The translations under genes and the position numbers were made by a program. A stretch of 64,000 nucleotides of DNA. Origin: an uncultured Candidatus Saccharibacteria bacterium. GTDB taxonomy: Bacteria; Patescibacteriota; Minisyncoccia; Phycocordibacterales; PALSA-1337. The notes below the pieces were generated by a model, which was given only the letters and a program-made list of their open reading frames with translations, was not told where the DNA came from and made no database searches. Numbering within the stretch: the first letter of the stretch is position 1; the number at the start of each line of letters is the position of its first letter. Where the stretch lies: the NCBI GenBank assembly GCA_964412585.1, contig CAYPPJ010000004.1, positions 9,825 through 73,824 on the forward strand, read 5' to 3'. Shown here piece after piece: positions 59,191 through 64,000 of this stretch.

Positions 59191-60408
59191 ATGAAACTCC
59201 CTAAACCCATTACCTATATTACGAGAGACCTTGAGCGAGCTATTGGTATGGATCCGTCAGCAGATTACACCATCGTCGCCAACAAGACTCCCTACGCCGA
59301 AAAGTATGCCTCACGATTCCCTGAAGGTAGTGTAATCCTCGTAAACGGCACCACTGAAGATGGCGTCCTCGGGACTCGCGAACTGATGGACCATCCTCTT
59401 GTCAAAGACAAGCTCGCCGCACGGCCAAACGATATTTTGGTGTTCAAAAATACCGCACGTGTTGAAGAGGCTGCCACAAAAAACGGTCTGCGTCTCCTGA
59501 ATCCAAAGGCTCTCCTTTCAGAAACCGTCGAAAACAAAATGTCTCAGATTGAATGGCTCGGTGAGCTCGGCAAAAAGTATTTGCCTCACCACATTATTAT
59601 GCCTGCAAAAAATCTCGCATGGATGGGCGAACCATTTATCGTACAGTGGGCGCATGGTCACACCGGTGGCGGTACCCTTCTTATCAATTCCGAAGCCCAG
59701 CTCAAAGAGATTCAGCAAAAGTTTCCGTACCGTGTCACCCGTCGTACCACCTATATCCACGGTCCTTCATTTACCGTCAATGCGATCGTTGCGGCAGACA
59801 AGATTCTTGTAGGAAATATTAGTTATCAAATCACCGGCATCGCACCATTCACCGACAATCAGTTCAGCACGGTGGGCAACGACTGGGGGGCAACTCATAG
59901 TCTTCTCAACGCAGTTGAAGTTGAGTTTATCGAAACAATGGCGAGCGACATCGGCAAGAAGCTCAACATTGCCGGCTGGCGCGGCCTCTATGGTGTCGAT
60001 ATTATTCGTGATGATACAACAGGCACTATTCATCTGATCGAGATAAATGCCCGCCAACCCGCATCAACTAGTTTCGAATCATATTTGCAAAATGAAAATA
60101 GATTGGCCGGTGTCAAAGGCATCACCACTTTTGAAGCGCACCTCAAAGCTCTTCTTGGCGAAAAGATAGACGAGCCACTCATACCAATAAATGACGGTGC
60201 ACAGATTGTTCAGCGTGTTACCAAGAATGTAAAAGCCGTTTCGACAGAAAAAATTACCGCACTCGAATCACTCGGCTACAATATTGCCATCTATCCAAAT
60301 ACTGACATGAATGAGGATTTGGTCCGCATTCAAGGTGCACGCGGTATCATCGAGACTCATGGGGTTTTCAATGCTCGAGGCAAAGAGATCGTTGAGAAGA
60401 TTTCGTAA
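59191..60408 (+). CDS. ATP-grasp domain protein
   Basis: ENKM, HGHTGGGT loop, GLYGVDII, LIEINAR. Confidence 0.8.
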   Translation: MKLPKPITYITRDLERAIGMDPSADYTIVANKTPYAEKYASRFPEGSVILVNGTTEDGVLGTRELMDHPLVKDKLAARPNDILVFKNTARVEEAATKNGLRLLNPKALLSETVENKMSQIEWLGELGKKYLPHHIIMPAKNLAWMGEPFIVQWAHGHTGGGTLLINSEAQLKEIQQKFPYRVTRRTTYIHGPSFTVNAIVAADKILVGNISYQITGIAPFTDNQFSTVGNDWGATHSLLNAVEVEFIETMASDIGKKLNIAGWRGLYGVDIIRDDTTGTIHLIEINARQPASTSFESYLQNENRLAGVKGITTFEAHLKALLGEKIDEPLIPINDGAQIVQRVTKNVKAVSTEKITALESLGYNIAIYPNTDMNEDLVRIQGARGIIETHGVFNARGKEIVEKIS

Positions 60409-60436
60409 ATTACTCACTGCACGCTAAAATAGGCTC

Positions 60437-61213
60437 ATGAATACCAAAATCCTCTCCAACCGAGCCCTTTCTGTTATCGATCAGTACCTCAATTTCAAGG
60501 TAGGACCTGCAGTGTGCTCGGTTCCTTATTTCAACAATAAAACTGCCAAACTTCGTGGCGCACTCGCGGTACATGCAGGCAAAGGAAGTCCGAAAGAAAT
60601 ATGTGAGGAAGTCCAATCCATTTTGCTCAAAGCACATACGACAGAAGACTCTCTTACTTCTGAATCACTCAAAAAAATTCTTGCTGATAATACTATTGGC
60701 ATCGATTGTTCTGGCTTTGCCTACTATGTTCTCAACGCGGAAAGTGAGGAGGCTGGAAAAGGACCGCTCGACAAGCACATCTCTTTTGTTCAAGCGACCG
60801 GATTATTTAGAAAATTGATTGCCTCATGGCGTCCTGTCGGAAATGTTGGAGTATCGACACTGGCTCACAACAACAATAGCCACATCATCAATCTTAAGGA
60901 CATCCAGCCTGGATCTCTCATCACGATGATCAACGACGCCGAAGAAAGCGAGCGTGACCACATTCTCGTCATCCATCAAGTTGAATACCAAAACTTCATT
61001 CCCTACAAACTCCACTATTCACATGCTGTCGCCTATCCCGAAGATGGCATTTACGGCACCGGCATCAAGCAAGGAACTATTGAGATAACCGATATAAACA
61101 AACCAGTCACCGAACAAGTCTGGACCGAAAATGGTCGACAAGGCGAGGCCAATCGTATTTTTCAAAGGGCCCTCAAATCAAAAACCGAGATTCGCAAACT
61201 CAACTGGTGGTAA
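60437..61213 (+). CDS. NlpC/P60-like (papain-fold) cysteine peptidase
   Basis: VPY, GIDCSGF, IQPGSLI, DHILVI, YSH. Confidence 0.7.
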   Translation: MNTKILSNRALSVIDQYLNFKVGPAVCSVPYFNNKTAKLRGALAVHAGKGSPKEICEEVQSILLKAHTTEDSLTSESLKKILADNTIGIDCSGFAYYVLNAESEEAGKGPLDKHISFVQATGLFRKLIASWRPVGNVGVSTLAHNNNSHIINLKDIQPGSLITMINDAEESERDHILVIHQVEYQNFIPYKLHYSHAVAYPEDGIYGTGIKQGTIEITDINKPVTEQVWTENGRQGEANRIFQRALKSKTEIRKLNWW

Positions 61214-61305
61214 GCGCGTAACAACACCTATTTTAATTGCCGAGGACTGTCTGAGCGAAGCGAGTTCCGCAGGCAGATTAAAATAGGTGTTGTGGAGCGC
61301 GTAAC
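61213..61305. repeat. Palindromic element 3 with 10-bp flanking direct repeat
   Basis: 17-bp perfect IR 61221-61237/61277-61293; inner CTGTCTGAGCGAAGCGAGTT; AGCGCGTAAC at 61213-61222 and 61296-61305. Confidence 0.8.
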
Positions 61306-61353
61306 CTCCAATTACATTAGGCGAATTGCTGTTTTTGTGGTACTTTATATCGC

Positions 61354-62484
61354 ATGATAAGCATCCTAGAGGGCACAGCCGACCTCTCATACATCATCAG
61401 TTTTGCCCTTGCCGGCGCTGTAGTAGCCTACCTTTTAGCGCCTTTACTGACGCGTATTTTGTTTCGTTTCCATATTATCAAAGGCACCAAGACCGAGCTC
61501 GCCCATCTCGGCTCCCACGCGTACAAAGCGACCACCCCTGTTATGGGCGGCCTGCTTGTTGTCGTGACCGTAGCTCTCATTACCTATTTCTTCAACTGGA
61601 ATCGTTCCTTCACCTACGTTCCTATAGGTGTCATGATCATTTCTGCAGCTCTCGGTGCGATCGACGACCTTCTCAATATCTACGGTTCAGAACGTCGTTC
61701 ACGCAAGCTCGGTCACATCATCAATCTTATTCGAGTCCATAGCGACTGGAAGATGCGCGTCTGGTACGTTATTACTTTTCCCTGGAGTGCGTTCAAACGT
61801 CTCTCTGTGTGGTTTGGATCACGTACAAGCAAAGGCGTTTTTGTCCATGAAAAACTGATCCTGCAATTCATCGCAGGAGCTATTGCAGCCTGGTGGATTT
61901 ATTCCAAGCTCGGCCCGGCGTGGCACTATATTTACATACCATTTATTCCGACCGGATTTGATTTGGGCTGGATTGTCATCCCCGTCATCATCTTCGTGGT
62001 CATGTTCACGGCAAATGCGGTCAATATTGCAGACGGTATGGATGGATTGGCTGGCGGCATGCTCATCACCACATTCATGGCACTCTGTATTCTTTCATGG
62101 ATTAACGGTTTTGGTGAAATCGCAATCCTGAATGCAACTGTAGCAGGAGCACTTGTCGCCTATACGTATTTTAATATCAAACCCGCGCGATTCATGATGG
62201 GTGACGTAGGCAGTCTCGGCCTTGGTGCACTTCTTGCGGTAAATGCCTTGGCAATTGGTGAACTTATTCCTCTTTTGTTTATTGGTTCAATGTTCTATAT
62301 CGAGGCACTCTCCGTGGTCATTCAGGTAATCTCCCGATATACACTCGGCCGCAAGGTTTTCAAAATGGCACCAATACATCACCACTTCGAACTCCTTGGC
62401 TGGACCGAAGAAAAAACAGTCATGCGCTTCTGGGTAGTACATTTTATCTTCGTCGTATTCGGATTCTGGCTTGCGCTTCACTAA
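61354..62484 (+). CDS. mraY: MraY-family phospho-MurNAc-pentapeptide transferase (variant with loop insertion)
   Basis: TPVMGG, GAIDD, NAVNIADGMDGLAGG, MMGDVGS, MAPIHHHFE. Confidence 0.9.
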   Translation: MISILEGTADLSYIISFALAGAVVAYLLAPLLTRILFRFHIIKGTKTELAHLGSHAYKATTPVMGGLLVVVTVALITYFFNWNRSFTYVPIGVMIISAALGAIDDLLNIYGSERRSRKLGHIINLIRVHSDWKMRVWYVITFPWSAFKRLSVWFGSRTSKGVFVHEKLILQFIAGAIAAWWIYSKLGPAWHYIYIPFIPTGFDLGWIVIPVIIFVVMFTANAVNIADGMDGLAGGMLITTFMALCILSWINGFGEIAILNATVAGALVAYTYFNIKPARFMMGDVGSLGLGALLAVNALAIGELIPLLFIGSMFYIEALSVVIQVISRYTLGRKVFKMAPIHHHFELLGWTEEKTVMRFWVVHFIFVVFGFWLALH

Positions 62485-63146
62485 TGAACTACCTCCACTG
62501 GCAAGAAAAAACCATCACCGATTTTTCCGACAAGAATGTCTCGGCGCTCTATGATAGTGGCTACGTCTTTACCCGTATAGGCAAAGGCGTTATGCACCAA
62601 ACCAGAAGCGTCCGTATTGATTTGTCAAAATTCAAGCTCTCAAGTGAAAATAGGCGCATTCTTAGGAAGACTGGCAGCGCAGAATTGATTCCTGCACAAT
62701 TACCTGTTAAACGTTACTTTCCTTCATTGGGAAAGCTTGCCAAAGATTTCTATGACACCAAATTCGGTCCCGGTATCATGAGCGCACAAAAAATCAAAGA
62801 AATGCTGACCGATCCGCTTAAAAGCAATTTCAATCTCAATCTCATATATCCTTTTAATAGTGTCCCTTGTGGTTATACAATCTGTTATGCGAACCAGGAG
62901 ATGATCCATTACTCGTACCCATTCTATGATCTCGGTACGGCGCCCAAAGATATGGGTCTCGGCATGATGATTCGCGCCATCGAGTACGCCAAGAATGCCA
63001 GCATGAAATATATTTACCTCGGATCACTCCAGCGCCCTGGTGATACCTACAAACTCCAGTTCACCGGTCTCCAATGGTTTGACGGAACAGAGTGGTCTAC
63101 TGATGAGAAGAAGGTACGCGAATTACTTGCCGAGAATCGAAGCTAA
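62484..63146 (+). CDS. Arginyl-tRNA-protein transferase (ATE1/Bpt)-like aminoacyl transferase
   Basis: SVRIDLSKFKLSSENRRILRK, YSYPFYD, GLGMMIRAIEYAK...YIYLG, YK; no N-terminal Cys cluster. Confidence 0.7.
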   Translation: MNYLHWQEKTITDFSDKNVSALYDSGYVFTRIGKGVMHQTRSVRIDLSKFKLSSENRRILRKTGSAELIPAQLPVKRYFPSLGKLAKDFYDTKFGPGIMSAQKIKEMLTDPLKSNFNLNLIYPFNSVPCGYTICYANQEMIHYSYPFYDLGTAPKDMGLGMMIRAIEYAKNASMKYIYLGSLQRPGDTYKLQFTGLQWFDGTEWSTDEKKVRELLAENRS

Positions 63147-63623
63147 TACATCTTGCCAGCTGTTGACTACAGTCACTTGTGGTAAGAATTCCTTGAACTC
63201 TTCAACCTCTTTATGATCCGGCTGAAATAAAAATAGATGCGGTGTTGATGTGATCATATGACTCAACACCTCGAGTCGATCATCGATGAAATGTGTAATG
63301 TGCAACTTTCGACAGACTGCATCTTTTTCATGCCGCTCTCGTACAAAGAATACGTTACCTGGGTTAATCCCTGTTTGTTCATAGAAATGGTTGTCGGTAA
63401 GCCATGAGAGAATTTTCTGTTGGGCCCATTCTGTACATTTTGAAATAAGATATACCTGCCCATCAAAATGGCCAGTGAGTTTTTTGAGGGCCTCAAACGC
63501 ACCTTCAGTTGCAGGTATGGTTGAATACCGTTCTTCGTGAAGTGTAGTATCTTTTGGATCAGATAGACGGTGGTTAATTATGACGTTACCTATATCAACA
63601 CCAAGTGCCTGAGGGGATTTCAT
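63123..63623 (-). CDS. HAD-superfamily protein (5'-nucleotidase-like)
   Basis: GVDIGNVI, LISK, THFIDDR. Confidence 0.7.
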   Translation of the reverse strand: MKSPQALGVDIGNVIINHRLSDPKDTTLHEERYSTIPATEGAFEALKKLTGHFDGQVYLISKCTEWAQQKILSWLTDNHFYEQTGINPGNVFFVRERHEKDAVCRKLHITHFIDDRLEVLSHMITSTPHLFLFQPDHKEVEEFKEFLPQVTVVNSWQDVLASILGK

Positions 63624-63651
63624 CGCGCAATAGTATCATGATTTATTTGAT

Positions 63652-63686
63652 AAAAAAATGCCCGGCACGACTCTTCGTGCGCGGGC
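63652..63686 (-). terminator. Intrinsic terminator
   Basis: GCCCG-GCACGA/TCGTGC-CGGGC stem with T7 on the minus strand. Confidence 0.75.
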
Positions 63687-64000
63687 TAACAAATACAACT
63701 ACTTTCAATTTCTTCCCAAGTCTGTACCGTGCGGACGTATGCAAGCGCGCCAGTATATTTGAATTGCTCAACCTCACGCAACTGAGGACGAAACAAAAAC
63801 AAATACGGGACGACGCCGACAAAATGACTCAATACCTCAAGACGATCATCCACGACCACTGTGGTGCCATAGCGCAGTGTTGTACGCTGCTCGATGTGCG
63901 GAGTCTTATCGCGACCATTCAAGGTGCGACACACTCTATTCTCTGGGATTCCGGTGTGTTCGGAAAACCGTGTATGGCGAAGCCAACCAGTTATTTTTTC
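63686..64000 (-). CDS. HAD-superfamily paralog of the adjacent gene (C-terminal part; start beyond the window)
   Basis: Frame is open to 64000: EKITGWLRHTRFSEHTGI...DDRLEVLSH...YLFLFRP aligns with QKILSWLTDNHFYEQTGI...DDRLEVLSH...HLFLFQP. Confidence 0.75.
   Translation of the reverse strand, partial: EKITGWLRHTRFSEHTGIPENRVCRTLNGRDKTPHIEQRTTLRYGTTVVVDDRLEVLSHFVGVVPYLFLFRPQLREVEQFKYTGALAYVRTVQTWEEIESSCIC

Overview
Bacterial chromosomal segment using genetic code 11 (TGA stops), with most genes on the minus strand. Gene content and style suggest Patescibacteria/Parcubacteria (CPR); this is inference from the VirD4/HerA-like ATPase, the tandem-HTH membrane protein, the WxL/DUF916-like pair, compact secA and obg, and pervasive leaderless genes. 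Layout: (1) 1-14.1 kb holds surface-protein and housekeeping genes (WxL-like, MerR-HTH, gatB, obgE, AI-2E transporter, NUDIX x3, secA, murB). (2) About 14.6-53.4 kb is a ~39 kb surface-glycan locus with an O-antigen-ligase/TPR protein, duplicated nonulosonic-acid genes (2x neuA, 2x neuB, neuC, KdsC-like phosphatase), tailoring enzymes, six methyltransferases, Wzx and many glycosyltransferases. (3) 53.4-64 kb holds a VirD4-like ATPase, a DUF4015-like hydrolase, rsmI, a co-oriented ATP-grasp / NlpC-P60 / MraY / ATE-like aminoacyl-transferase cluster and two HAD paralogs. No tRNA, rRNA, CRISPR array, integrase or transposase was seen. Main non-obvious signals: a promoter- and terminator-bounded 6S-like rod RNA between secA and murB; a family of long intergenic hairpins sharing a TAAACGATGTGGT core; the putative cell-wall peptide-modification cluster; an epimerase carrying a SecA-type SEC-C tail; and two gene architectures (leaderless core genes versus self-contained promoter-terminator cassettes). 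All family assignments and RNA pairings were made by eye, without database searches or folding software.
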